Positions 49,210-59,029 of a stretch of DNA of 64,000 bases are shown piece by piece. Positions within the stretch are counted from its first letter, which is position 1, and every line of letters begins with the position of its first letter. Made by a program: the position numbers and the translations under genes. The stretch is from Bdellovibrionales bacterium (GTDB lineage Bacteria > Bdellovibrionota > Bdellovibrionia > Bdellovibrionales > JAGQZY01). Location: NCBI GenBank assembly GCA_964230645.1, contig CAXRHT010000002.1, forward strand, positions 288,001 through 352,000, written 5' to 3'. The notes beneath the pieces were generated by a model, which searched no databases, was not told the DNA's origin, and saw only the letters and a program-made list of their open reading frames with translations.

Positions 49210-51266
49210 TCCGACAATACCACTCGCTGCCCGTTCTTCTTAGGCCTTGTACAGCCTACAAGAGAGGCCCGAGAGTAACCCCGAGCCTTTAAGTCTTTTA
49301 GAGCATTTACCCAATTTTTTGAAGAAACACCGAATACAAGGGAGCCTTGACTCATTGAGTCCCAAAGAACAGAGTTGGTGCGAGAAACGTCTTCTCTTTT
49401 AAAAGCCACATCACCCGCCACTTTCGGCCAATTGGCATCGATACCGGGGTGATTGACGTTCTGATGAAAGAGAGAATCTGTCCCCTCCCAGCGAGGGACC
49501 TCCCTAAAATTTAAAATCATCTGGTGGTGTGTTGGTATATGACGAAGACAATGGTAGAGAAAGCCCCACTCTTCAACGACAAAGGCCGCACTCACCTCAT
49601 GCTCAGCAATAAAAGATTGAAAATCCTTGAGGTCAAAAAGCAGGGGGTAATCCAGCGTCTGTTGAATCCAACGGGAGTCAAAGCCCGACTCTAAACGTCC
49701 TGCCCAAAGAATCCCGTATCCAAGGGGTCTGGTCATTAAAAGGTAATCATGTGAGTTCATCTTTTTGCCCACTTTAAAAAGGGGCTCCCCTCCAAGAGTG
49801 ACACAGAGTTGCCAGTGACTTCCATTGAAAGTGTCCCCTCCATCCATGGCGATCCCTTGCGACTCACAAAAGCTCTCTAGGCTATGGAGTGTGGTTTCAA
49901 AAATATGGCGGGTCATCTGGCTTTCCTGACTCGGCAGAGTTAAGAAAAAGCGCAAGTGGGAAGCCTTCATACCACGCGAAAGACTTTTTAGTAGAGCCAT
50001 TTCACAAATCTTTAAGGTAGACTGAAAATGATTACCCCAAGAGTTGAAACCATGAAAGGTGGTCAAAACGTAATTTTGATTTTTTGTAGACTTCGAAGAA
50101 CTTTTGCCGCGCCAGGGTCTGGACATATGATCAGCCTGATCTTTGAGTTTCAGTTCGACCTTTTTTTTAGCTTCATCAAGAACCTCAATGGAACGGAGTT
50201 CTTCAAGTTTTTTGCTCTTTCCCTGCTGCCAAGCTTTGAGCCCTTCGGTTTTGCCTGCTAGCAACGAAAACCCCTTCCACTTTTCGCCCACCAATTGCGG
50301 ATCATAGCATTGTCGTAGCTCGCTGATTTTTTGGCTTTTGCGAGAAGAATCACTAAAAATATTATGTAACAAAACTTCTGCTAAATGCGAGGGTTCATAA
50401 GCGGAAAGCCACTGTTTCTTCTTGCGCAGTAAAACGTTCTTACCGCAAACCGATAGATTCGGGATCGAAATATGAGAAAGATCCTCTTCCACCTCTATAA
50501 AGGGAGCTTCACTTTGTAAAAGTCTTCCTAGAAAATCCTTAGGTTGCCAGTGACTCAAAGGGATCAAAATATCATAGCTTAAAGCTTGCCCCCCTTCTAA
50601 CTCTAAGCAATGGGGCTTGTCGGCAATGACCTGGGCCCCGCCGAGCACACGCACTCCTTTTTTCTTTAAAACTTGGATTTGTTTTTTGTGGTGAGAGCTG
50701 AGGTTTTCAAGAGAGTCTTCTTCCAAAATAACGATATCGCAATTTTCACAAGTCTCTTGCAAGCGATGAGAAAAAACCACAGCCAACTCAATACTTAAAT
50801 GAGTCAAGCCCGTCATCACCACACGCACTTCACGAGGGCAATGACGGTGAACCTCTTTAAAGAACTGATTGAGTTTTTGATAAAAGACTTCTGGGTCAGT
50901 GAGCTTAATTTTAGAAGGGTCTTGGTGGGCCGAACGCTCAAAGGTAGGCTCACACTGAGTTTCAAGACTGAGGTGCTTGAAAGCCAAACTGCCATAACTT
51001 TCCAATTGAATAATTCCTTCTTCTCGATTGATCTGCAGACAACGATCTTCGAGGTATTCGACAGACTTACGTTGACAAGCGGTCCATAAATCCAAACTCA
51101 CATCGAGCCTTTGTTTCTCACTTAAACGATAGGGAAGAAATTCGAGAGGGAGAAGTTTTGGTTTTTCAGAGATCAAAAGGATTTGTTCTGCCATCTTATC
51201 AGGCTTAATTCCTTGAATCACTTGATAGTGGTTAAAACCACCTCCTAATAAAACAACCGGTTTCAT
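49194..51266 (-). CDS. Degenerate FAD-oxidoreductase / selenide,water dikinase (SelD)-like fusion
   Basis: VVLLGGGFNH at the N-terminus; C-terminal PurM/SelD-fold remnants GGDT, LLMTRPLGYG, SQGSLVFGV; catalytic motifs missing. Likely start ATG 51266. Confidence 0.7.
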   Translation of the reverse strand: MKPVVLLGGGFNHYQVIQGIKPDKMAEQILLISEKPKLLPLEFLPYRLSEKQRLDVSLDLWTACQRKSVEYLEDRCLQINREEGIIQLESYGSLAFKHLSLETQCEPTFERSAHQDPSKIKLTDPEVFYQKLNQFFKEVHRHCPREVRVVMTGLTHLSIELAVVFSHRLQETCENCDIVILEEDSLENLSSHHKKQIQVLKKKGVRVLGGAQVIADKPHCLELEGGQALSYDILIPLSHWQPKDFLGRLLQSEAPFIEVEEDLSHISIPNLSVCGKNVLLRKKKQWLSAYEPSHLAEVLLHNIFSDSSRKSQKISELRQCYDPQLVGEKWKGFSLLAGKTEGLKAWQQGKSKKLEELRSIEVLDEAKKKVELKLKDQADHMSRPWRGKSSSKSTKNQNYVLTTFHGFNSWGNHFQSTLKICEMALLKSLSRGMKASHLRFFLTLPSQESQMTRHIFETTLHSLESFCESQGIAMDGGDTFNGSHWQLCVTLGGEPLFKVGKKMNSHDYLLMTRPLGYGILWAGRLESGFDSRWIQQTLDYPLLFDLKDFQSFIAEHEVSAAFVVEEWGFLYHCLRHIPTHHQMILNFREVPRWEGTDSLFHQNVNHPGIDANWPKVAGDVAFKREDVSRTNSVLWDSMSQGSLVFGVSSKNWVNALKDLKARGYSRASLVGCTRPKKNGQRVVLSDWSPS

Positions 51267-51477
51267 GACAATCCCTCTTCTCGCCTCCTCTGTTTTCAAA
51301 ATCTTAAAAAACAGAGTCACGACTTTCTGTTAGCTGCCGTTATTCTACCGAAATCACTGGGAGTTTCTAAGAGTTAGGAATTGATCATGGTCCTTGGTCT
51401 AGCCGAGCTGCCTATTGTTTACACTCGGAGTATGAGAACTTCTCAGGGGAAGAGTTTTAACTCACTTTTCCACTTTC

Positions 51478-51511
51478 AAAAAAAAAGGTTTCCTTTGATG
51501 GGAAACCTTTT
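51478..51511 (-). terminator. Intrinsic terminator
   Basis: AAAAGGTTTCC...GGAAACCTTTT hairpin with a long A run, downstream of the 51538-52089 gene. Confidence 0.75.
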
Positions 51512-51537
51512 GGGTTCTGATAATTTTAAAATTAAAC

Positions 51538-52089
51538 TTAGCGAATATTTCCCTCATTCATACAAGAGGCCGCAGGATTATCAGCGATCTGACGAGCTTT
51601 TTGATTCATATTGGCTTGTTGCTCAACCATTCCAACAACACAAGAAGAAGCCCCATTTAAACGAACCACGACAAGTGTGTCTTGAGCTTTTGATTCGCCC
51701 GTTTCAGGGTTGTAGGTATCTAGGTTTAAGCGATAGATCAAGGCCGTGTACTCAACCTGATAGCTATTCCAGTCACTTCCTGTTCTTTTATATCTCCACT
51801 CAATTTTAGAGGAACCCATATCATGGAACTGCATTGGTTTAAGAGTTGGGATTCTTACACCTTGATAGGAAAGATCCAAGTTGTAGCGGATATCGCCGCC
51901 AGTGATTGTAACCTTGTATCCACCCATAGCCGGACACTCTCCAGTATAAAAATCGATGGGACCATTATCCATTTCACTTGAAGTGACAGTCACACAGTCT
52001 TTAACGTCGACAGAGGTATAAACCGATTGCGTCTGAGCGCTTGCGGAATAGGCCACTACACTTAATAAGGCAATTAGGATCGCTTTCAT
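51538..52089 (-). CDS. Secreted hypothetical protein
   Basis: AGGAG RBS, signal peptide ending ASA, four Cys; SVYT..C, GDIR, IEWR, ARQIAD. Confidence 0.8.
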   Translation of the reverse strand: MKAILIALLSVVAYSASAQTQSVYTSVDVKDCVTVTSSEMDNGPIDFYTGECPAMGGYKVTITGGDIRYNLDLSYQGVRIPTLKPMQFHDMGSSKIEWRYKRTGSDWNSYQVEYTALIYRLNLDTYNPETGESKAQDTLVVVRLNGASSCVVGMVEQQANMNQKARQIADNPAASCMNEGNIR

Positions 52090-52278
52090 TCATTTCTCCT
52101 TTGGATTTCTTTTAGTAGCAACATGAACCAGTCTCAGTAAATTGACTAGGGCTTTCTCATTGTTTGAAATTTCCACAAAGAAGAGGCTCTTAGGCGTAGT
52201 AGAATTGACTAGAAATTTGACACTCTCGTCACTGGGGAGCTTCTTTCCCAGGGAACTAACAAATTAGAGCTTCAACCC

Positions 52279-52656
52279 CTAGGACTCTTTCCTGAGGACG
52301 TTATAGAGAAAACAGCCCCAACCTATTAAGAAAAAGCTTCCACCAATGGGTGTTATCATAGCGGCTACTCTTAATTGCGCCAGAACATATACGTAAAGGC
52401 TGCCACTAAAAACAAGTGTTCCAAAAATAAAGAAGACACCTGTCCATTTTATTAAGACCTTGGGGTGCTGACTATTCCACAAACCGAGAGCTAAAAGGGC
52501 AAAGGCATGAAAGCCAAGATACTCATTGGCCGTAGCAAGAGTGTCGAGTTTTTCTGGGGTCAGGATTTTTTCAAGCCCGTGTGCTGCAAAGGCTCCCAGT
52601 GCGACAAACAAAAAACCAAAAACACATCCCCACACCAACCACAATTTTGCCATCAC
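52279..52656 (-). CDS. DUF423-family membrane protein
   Basis: ALGAFAAHGL, FSGSLY, ITPIGG. Confidence 0.9.
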   Translation of the reverse strand: MMAKLWLVWGCVFGFLFVALGAFAAHGLEKILTPEKLDTLATANEYLGFHAFALLALGLWNSQHPKVLIKWTGVFFIFGTLVFSGSLYVYVLAQLRVAAMITPIGGSFFLIGWGCFLYNVLRKES

Positions 52657-53927
52657 TGATCTCCAAAAAGAGGCTCAAACTTCTGCCAACATTTATAATA
52701 ATCTTTATCTAACAAATCAGAATTCATCGCTTGTTCGGTGGGTTGAAAAACTTGTGAGGTTTCAAACATAAACGCCATGGTCTGATCCACTTTCTCAGGT
52801 TTATCATCACCTTTAATGGCTTTACTAAAGGTTTCTGTATCCGGTCCATGAGCCGACATTCTGTTATGAAGGCTTGAGCCGCCGGGTAAAAAACCCTCCT
52901 CTTTGGCGTCGTATACGCCCTCAATTAACCCCATATACTCATTCATAAAATTGCGATGATAATAAGGGGGTCTAAAAGTATTCTCGCCCACAAGCCAACG
53001 GGGAGGAAAAATGACAAAGTCCACATTGGCAAGCCCTGGGGTGGAAGTGGGAGAGGTTAATACGGTGTAAATAGAAGGATCGGGATGATCATAAGAGACA
53101 GTTCCCATGGTATTAAAGTCTCGTAAGTCGTATTTGTAGGGAGAGTAGTTACCATGCCAGGCCACAACATCGAGAGGAGAGTGCCCCACTTCATACTGCC
53201 AAAAAGAGTGATGGAATTTCGAAACCACCTGATGGGTTTGTTTTTTATTTATGTAATGAGCCACAGGAAATTTAAAGTCACGTGGGTTGGCCAGTCCATT
53301 GGAGCCAATGGGTCCGAGGTTAGGAAGAGTGAGAGGGGCTCCCATATTTTCCCCCAAATACCCCATACATAGGCCTTTTTGTTTCGGATTGACTTGAAAT
53401 TTAATTCCGCGCGGAACCACCACAATTTCTTGAGGACCGGCTTCAATCACTCCCAATTCGGTGACAACAGAGATCTCACCTTTTACAGGAATAAAAACCA
53501 ACTCACCATCAGCATTATAGAAAACTCTCTCTCCCATGGATTTATTGAAAGCATAGTTGTGAACGGCGACTTTTGAATCGGCGGTGGTGACCATAGAAAA
53601 AACACCTTCGACAAAGTCTGTTTCACTTTTTGGCTCGTCCATAGGTTTCCAACGAAATCGCTCAGGACTTGCTGGCCGCTCATTTGCAAACTTTGAAGTC
53701 CAAGATTTTTGAACAAAGGGCGAATAGGGACCATGGAAGGTGGAAGGGTGAATACGGTAGAGCCAAGAGCGAAGATTCTCTGATCTTTGCATAGTAAAAG
53801 CACTGCCAGAGAGCTGCTCCGGTATGAGACCTTTTAAAGGCTTACGAGGTGAATTTTGCCCCTCAGGCAAACAACCCTCTATGGCCTCTGTTTCAAAAAA
53901 ATTACCAAATCCTGTTTGATAGTGCAT
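52653..53927 (-). CDS. hmgA: Homogentisate 1,2-dioxygenase
   Basis: Start ATG 53927 (MHYQTGFGN); EQLSGSAFT, VVAWHGNY, DHPDPSIYTVLT, PPYYHRN.MNE, SLHN.MSAHGPD. Confidence 0.96.
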   Translation of the reverse strand: MHYQTGFGNFFETEAIEGCLPEGQNSPRKPLKGLIPEQLSGSAFTMQRSENLRSWLYRIHPSTFHGPYSPFVQKSWTSKFANERPASPERFRWKPMDEPKSETDFVEGVFSMVTTADSKVAVHNYAFNKSMGERVFYNADGELVFIPVKGEISVVTELGVIEAGPQEIVVVPRGIKFQVNPKQKGLCMGYLGENMGAPLTLPNLGPIGSNGLANPRDFKFPVAHYINKKQTHQVVSKFHHSFWQYEVGHSPLDVVAWHGNYSPYKYDLRDFNTMGTVSYDHPDPSIYTVLTSPTSTPGLANVDFVIFPPRWLVGENTFRPPYYHRNFMNEYMGLIEGVYDAKEEGFLPGGSSLHNRMSAHGPDTETFSKAIKGDDKPEKVDQTMAFMFETSQVFQPTEQAMNSDLLDKDYYKCWQKFEPLFGDQ

Positions 53928-54080
53928 GGCGACCTCAATTTTAAAATTTTTGCTGGAGCCTGGTATCGGGAGCAAATATTAGGGGAAATAGGGGGTCTCG
54001 TCAAAGCATGGAGGGCCTGAGCCCCTTCTTTTTTAGGCGAGGATTGATTTAATACCCAATTCGGCCTAAGACAGCCTTCT

Positions 54081-55325
54081 ATGAATTACCGCCAGTTACT
54101 TGCTCAAAATCCTCGCTCTATCGGCTTTGGCTTCCTCCACACCTTTTTTTCAGGCTATGGCCAGACCCACTTTATTTCTCTATATAGTCCCCTCATAATG
54201 TCCACATTTGCGCTTTCTAGCAGCGAATACGGCTCTGTTTACTCTGGGGTGACACTTATCAGTGGAATCCTTATTAGCTTTATTGGCCCTTACATTGATC
54301 GCCACGATGCCCGAAAAATGGGACTCCTGATTGGTGTTGGCCTGATCCTCGCTCAAACCCTTTTAGTGAGTTTACAAAGCCTTGTTGTGGTAGCCATTGG
54401 GATCTTGGGTCTGAGACTTTTCGGACAAGGTTTAAGCTCCTCTCTTTCCTCTATCGCTGTGGCTCGCTATTTTAACAACCAAAGGGGAAAAGCTTTGGCC
54501 TTAAGCCAATTGGGTTTTCCCGTTTTTGAAGGACTTATCACTCCCCTTGGTGCTTTTCTTCTTCCACTCCTTGGCCCCCAAATGTTTGGAGGCCTCATTG
54601 TTTTAAGTCTTCTTATTTTTCACATACCGATGAATTGGCGCATCACTGGAAAATTAAAAGACTTCAACCTGCCGGCACTGAATGAAGAAAGCTCAGACCC
54701 AAGGGATTTCAAAAATCAAGGTTGGACCCGAGGCCGAGTCTTTAAACACCCCACTGTTTATTTTTTAATTCCCCACGTATTGATGCCCCCTTTTGCTTTA
54801 ACAGGGGTCTTTTTTCATCAAGCGGTTTTAGCTGAACAAAAAGGTTGGTCATTAAGCCTTATGGCCTCAGGCTTATTCTTTTTTGCCATTGGAAGGATTT
54901 GCAGCTCGTTTTTGACAGGCCCCTTAGTGGACAAACTGACCGCCGTTAAATTATTTACTTTTTACCAATTCCCTTTGTGTCTTGGTTTTTTAATTTTCTA
55001 TCTCACCGACTCTGTTTGGGCCCCTGGTCTTTGTTTTTTACTTTTTGGTCTGGCTGTAGGAAGTGGTGGTCCAATCAAATCGGCCATTTGGGCGGAACTC
55101 TATGGAGTCAGGCACCTTGGCGCTATTAAAAGCTTGTTCGCAACTTTTATGATCTTTTCAACCGCCGCAAGCCCTGCCCTTTTTGGTTTTGCTATTGATC
55201 ACTGGAATCGGCCGGACACCTTATTTTTTAGTCTGTTTTGCTTAAGTCTTCTTACAACACTTCTAGCCTTTATTGGGCTAAAGATTATGGCTGAGGTAAC
55301 AGACTTTAACAAAAGTGATTTTTAA
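54081..55325 (+). CDS. MFS transporter
   Basis: About 12 TM helices; FFSGYGQT, LRLFGQG, WAELYGVRHLGAIK. Confidence 0.9.
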   Translation: MNYRQLLAQNPRSIGFGFLHTFFSGYGQTHFISLYSPLIMSTFALSSSEYGSVYSGVTLISGILISFIGPYIDRHDARKMGLLIGVGLILAQTLLVSLQSLVVVAIGILGLRLFGQGLSSSLSSIAVARYFNNQRGKALALSQLGFPVFEGLITPLGAFLLPLLGPQMFGGLIVLSLLIFHIPMNWRITGKLKDFNLPALNEESSDPRDFKNQGWTRGRVFKHPTVYFLIPHVLMPPFALTGVFFHQAVLAEQKGWSLSLMASGLFFFAIGRICSSFLTGPLVDKLTAVKLFTFYQFPLCLGFLIFYLTDSVWAPGLCFLLFGLAVGSGGPIKSAIWAELYGVRHLGAIKSLFATFMIFSTAASPALFGFAIDHWNRPDTLFFSLFCLSLLTTLLAFIGLKIMAEVTDFNKSDF

Positions 55326-55327
55326 GT

Positions 55328-55867
55328 TCACTCACCACAAGACTGAAAATGACGATCTTCTATGCTTTGAAGCAAGGCCAGCAGTGCCTCATTGTTTTTA
55401 CAAAGTTTTGTGGGAGCCCGTGGACATTCGTTGCCTCGTCCCAATGCCACCTTATGATTATCAATGGATAAGAAAAGCTCTGCATGAGGATAGGCTAAGT
55501 CCATAGTGCATACCACCTCATTACTGGCAGGCGTGATCGGGACGTCTTGACAAATTTCAGCCCCTTCAAGGAGTTGCCGCAAGTCTTTTGTCATTCCCTG
55601 GTCCAAACACAGTCCCATCCAATTGCCTGTCGGATCTCTTAAAACCTCACCGGAATCAAGATCGATATCAATCCCATCTTCTACAGCCTGATACAACCTT
55701 GTCGGGCGTAAGTTAACGGGCTTTGAAACATCCACCACTCCGGCTAATGTTTTTTCTTGAGTCTTTTCCGGTTGAAACTCACCTGTCTGGTGATTTTGGT
55801 TTTCTGCGCAATTTTGATAGGAAACAAAACTTATGATGGCAAGTGCGAGAAGAATAACGATTTTCAC
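55328..55867 (-). CDS. Hypothetical Cys-rich lipoprotein
   Basis: SYQNC lipobox; further Cys including a VCTMD motif. Confidence 0.75.
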   Translation of the reverse strand: MKIVILLALAIISFVSYQNCAENQNHQTGEFQPEKTQEKTLAGVVDVSKPVNLRPTRLYQAVEDGIDIDLDSGEVLRDPTGNWMGLCLDQGMTKDLRQLLEGAEICQDVPITPASNEVVCTMDLAYPHAELFLSIDNHKVALGRGNECPRAPTKLCKNNEALLALLQSIEDRHFQSCGE

Positions 55868-55880
55868 TTTTAATCCGTCC

Positions 55881-56615
55881 TTAGTTGTTAAGAGCGCCTA
55901 AATTGATCCATTGAGCCAAGGCCTGTAATTCCGCTTGAGTTAGGGGTGTGTCCCCACCACGAGGTTCAGATCCATTGGCGGTGTGAATGAAAACTCCACT
56001 GGCACCGGCATTTCCTGGGACCACGAGCCCTGTATTAATGGTGTTGACGTAACTGGTGTAATCGATGCTCGGCGCCTCTGCATCGCTTGCATGACAACTG
56101 ACACATTTGGGTTCAAATACGTTTTCAAATAAAGAAGTATAAGTGGGTTGTACACCCTCACCCACTCCAATAAGACCACCGTTAGCGATCAATTCATCGG
56201 ACCACGCTTTGATGGCCTCTTCGAGATCATCAGCTCTAGCTTGCGGAATGCCGCGACCATTATGACTGCCGTCGCGAATTTTCTCTACCATTTCCGAGGA
56301 GGCCGGATCTCTTAGGTTCACCAGACCAAAAGAGATGGTAACATCATGGGCAAAATTCATGTCACTGACAGAATGAAGGGGCTGCTGATTCACACCATGA
56401 CAGTCTTTGCAGGAACCCTCTTCTTGAGTGAGTGGATAAAGAGTGCGTTCATAAGCCACCAGAGATTTGGCCATATCAACGTCATCACTGGTTGTGCCTT
56501 CACTGTCCTGAATCACTGTGTTCAGTTCTTCATGTCGGGCGGAGCAGTTTTGAAAAAGCAAAACCGCTAAAGCCACCCCAAACATCCAAATGAAGCCTTT
56601 CATGAACGCCCCCAA
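55881..56615 (-). CDS. Diheme c-type cytochrome lipoprotein
   Basis: LFQNC lipobox; CKDCH and CVSCH; GLVVPGNA..S and WINLGALNN planctomycete-cytochrome-like C-terminal domain. Confidence 0.82.
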   Translation of the reverse strand: MGAFMKGFIWMFGVALAVLLFQNCSARHEELNTVIQDSEGTTSDDVDMAKSLVAYERTLYPLTQEEGSCKDCHGVNQQPLHSVSDMNFAHDVTISFGLVNLRDPASSEMVEKIRDGSHNGRGIPQARADDLEEAIKAWSDELIANGGLIGVGEGVQPTYTSLFENVFEPKCVSCHASDAEAPSIDYTSYVNTINTGLVVPGNAGASGVFIHTANGSEPRGGDTPLTQAELQALAQWINLGALNN

Positions 56616-56759
56616 AACATAGAAAAACCGCTGGAAATATTATTTCGCGGAACAGCTTTAAGTATCTCACAATTCTGGGGAATTTACGAAATTCTAGACT
56701 CCTGGCTGGCTTAAAAAGAGATACTCTCGCCCGAGCCAATCTTATTTTGAAACAAAGTT

Positions 56760-56793
56760 AAAAAAAAAGCCCGCTTTGGAAAACAAGCGGGCT
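56760..56793 (-). terminator. Intrinsic terminator
   Basis: AGCCCGCTT...AAGCGGGCT hairpin with an A run, downstream of the DUF885 gene. Confidence 0.75.
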
Positions 56794-56823
56794 GTAAAGG
56801 TCTATAAAAATTGACAGGTTTTT

Positions 56824-58680
56824 TTATAAATTCGCTGTCTTTTTCGTAGGTTTAGGCTTTTCTTTTTGAATGTATCGATCCACCTGTCTTTCTAAAATAT
56901 CAAGGGGGATTGAACCACTGGTCAAAATAGTTTCATGAAATTTGCGAATATCAAATTTTTGCCCCAAGGCTTTAATGGCTTTGCCACGCAGATCGAGGAT
57001 TTTTAACATTCCTGTCATATAGGCTGTGGCCTGACCAGGCATCACGATATAACGATTGATTTGGCGGACGTTATCATCATGGTCACTGGGTAGATTTTCA
57101 TCAAGGTACTTGATGGCCTCTTCTCTGGTCCACTTTTTCCAATGCAGCCCTGTGTCCACGACGAGTCGACAAGCCCTGGTGAGTTCCATTGAGAGTCGTC
57201 CAAAATCAGAATAAGGGTCTTTGTAGTATCCATACTCTTTTGGAAACCTTTCTGAATAAAGCCCCCAACCCTCTATATAGGCCGTGTAGTGGGAGGTTCT
57301 ACGGAACAAAGGCTGTTTGTCCATTTCAAGGGCGATGGATAACTGCATATGATGCCCAGGGATACCTTCATGGTAAGCCAAAGCCTCGGCCTCCCAAGTG
57401 GGTACAGCTTTCATATTATAGAGGTTTACATAATAAGCCCCGGGCCTAGTTCCATCCAAATCGGGTGACTGATAGAAAGCCAAGCCCGCGCTTTTTTCGC
57501 GATAAGGCTCCACCGGTCGCACTTCGATAGGGGCTTCCGGCTTGGTGATAAAAAATCGATCCAAATCCTTTCTCATATTGTCGATGAGGCTCTTAGCCTT
57601 TTTCAAATACTTCTGCTTACCGGATTTGTTATTGCTATAAAAAAACTTGGGACTTGTTTTCATATATTGAAAAAAGGCTTTCAGATCTCCTTTAAAGCCC
57701 ACCTGTTTTCGAATAGCATTCATTTCTTTATGAATGCGCTTCACATTTTCCAAACCATTCTCATGGATTTCTTTGGGAGAAAGATCGGTTGTCGTCATTT
57801 GCCTGAGGCGAACTTTATAAAACTTCTCGCCTTTAGGAAACTTCCAAACACCGTGATCTTTAGTCGCTCGCTTTTCTTGCTTCTTTAAAAAAGCGATCAA
57901 TTGCTCATAACCGGGCTTAACCGAGTTAAGTAGAGCTTTTCGACCTTTCTCCTCATACTCTTTGTTCTTCTCTTTAGAGAGCTTTAGAGATTTTAACTTC
58001 TTTTTAAAATCATCATAGAGAGGTGAGTCCTCTTTGGAGTTATCAAAGGGTTTTCCTGAAATAATATTTTTAGAATCCGAGAGAACAAGAGGAAAGACAA
58101 ACTTCGGCGGAATCACACCAATGTTTTCTGAGCGCATCAGTTGGTTCACCACTTCAGCCAAAGTCGTTCGAAATTGATTCAAGCGTGCTATGTAGTTTTG
58201 AAGATCTTTTTCTTTCTTCACCTTATGGAGATTCATCATTAGGTCCGCCAATTCCGTTTGAGTTCCAAACATTTGATTGACGATGTAGATATGATCATTC
58301 CACTGGATCTCTTCGATTTCGGTTTCTAAGTGCGCTTTAAAAACATCATAATTGAGCTGATCATCAGAATTGAGCTCAGAGCGATCAAAGGTATTTAAAA
58401 TTTTTAAATGCTTTTTGAGCATTTGCTGAGTTTCCTCTTCATAGGCTTTGGAGCGATTGGAAAGCTGATCTTGCTTGCGATCAATACCGTACCAAGTCAG
58501 ATACTCAGGATAACGATCGAGGTATTTGTTATAGCTCCAGTCATAAAAAGAATTGAGTTTTTCAAGCTCCGTGTCTCCTTTTAAGGGAGGGCGACTCGGG
58601 GCACAAGCGGCGACGAGAAAAGCTAAACTTAACAAAATAGAAAAAAACGAATGGGTCATTAAAAGCTCCTTAAGATCCAC
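56824..58680 (-). CDS. DUF885-family lipoprotein (putative metallopeptidase)
   Basis: Lipobox AAC; AYHEGIPGHHMQ, YIEGWGLYSE, RACRLVVDTGLH, RYIVMPGQATAY. Confidence 0.92.
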   Translation of the reverse strand: MDLKELLMTHSFFSILLSLAFLVAACAPSRPPLKGDTELEKLNSFYDWSYNKYLDRYPEYLTWYGIDRKQDQLSNRSKAYEEETQQMLKKHLKILNTFDRSELNSDDQLNYDVFKAHLETEIEEIQWNDHIYIVNQMFGTQTELADLMMNLHKVKKEKDLQNYIARLNQFRTTLAEVVNQLMRSENIGVIPPKFVFPLVLSDSKNIISGKPFDNSKEDSPLYDDFKKKLKSLKLSKEKNKEYEEKGRKALLNSVKPGYEQLIAFLKKQEKRATKDHGVWKFPKGEKFYKVRLRQMTTTDLSPKEIHENGLENVKRIHKEMNAIRKQVGFKGDLKAFFQYMKTSPKFFYSNNKSGKQKYLKKAKSLIDNMRKDLDRFFITKPEAPIEVRPVEPYREKSAGLAFYQSPDLDGTRPGAYYVNLYNMKAVPTWEAEALAYHEGIPGHHMQLSIALEMDKQPLFRRTSHYTAYIEGWGLYSERFPKEYGYYKDPYSDFGRLSMELTRACRLVVDTGLHWKKWTREEAIKYLDENLPSDHDDNVRQINRYIVMPGQATAYMTGMLKILDLRGKAIKALGQKFDIRKFHETILTSGSIPLDILERQVDRYIQKEKPKPTKKTANL

Positions 58681-58789
58681 CCATATTGAAGGACATAGGG
58701 CATTTCCGCATTGCTCAACTCGTCAAAACCCTGAGCTGATTCTTGCTTTGGAGCGGTGTTTCTGGCACTCTTTTTTATCGAGGTGGGAA

Positions 58790-59029
58790 ATGATCGAGAT
58801 GAAAACCCAAGAGGACCTGCGTAATTCCATTCAAGCCATTGTGGTGAAAGATTATGGCGACTTTAAACGTAAAGTCGTTACCTACTTAAATCGCTACTCA
58901 GAAAACAATCAACTCTCAGAAGAACAAGAAAAGCATATGTTTTTTATGAAGTGGTACATCCAATACCACCCCACCCATGAACTCAACGAAACAAAACTAT
59001 GGACGCTCAACCAGATTGAAAAACTATAA
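58790..59029 (+). CDS. Small hypothetical protein
   Basis: ATG at 58790/58799 after GAGGTGG; fills the gap between divergent genes. Confidence 0.55.
   Translation: MIEMKTQEDLRNSIQAIVVKDYGDFKRKVVTYLNRYSENNQLSEEQEKHMFFMKWYIQYHPTHELNETKLWTLNQIEKL

Noticed and set aside
50040..50160. Selenocysteine recoding in the SelD-like gene
   Set aside because: There is no in-frame TGA at the expected catalytic loop; the frame is fully open.
51381..51809. 142-aa plus-strand ORF
   Set aside because: It runs through a terminator and antisense into a clearly better gene.
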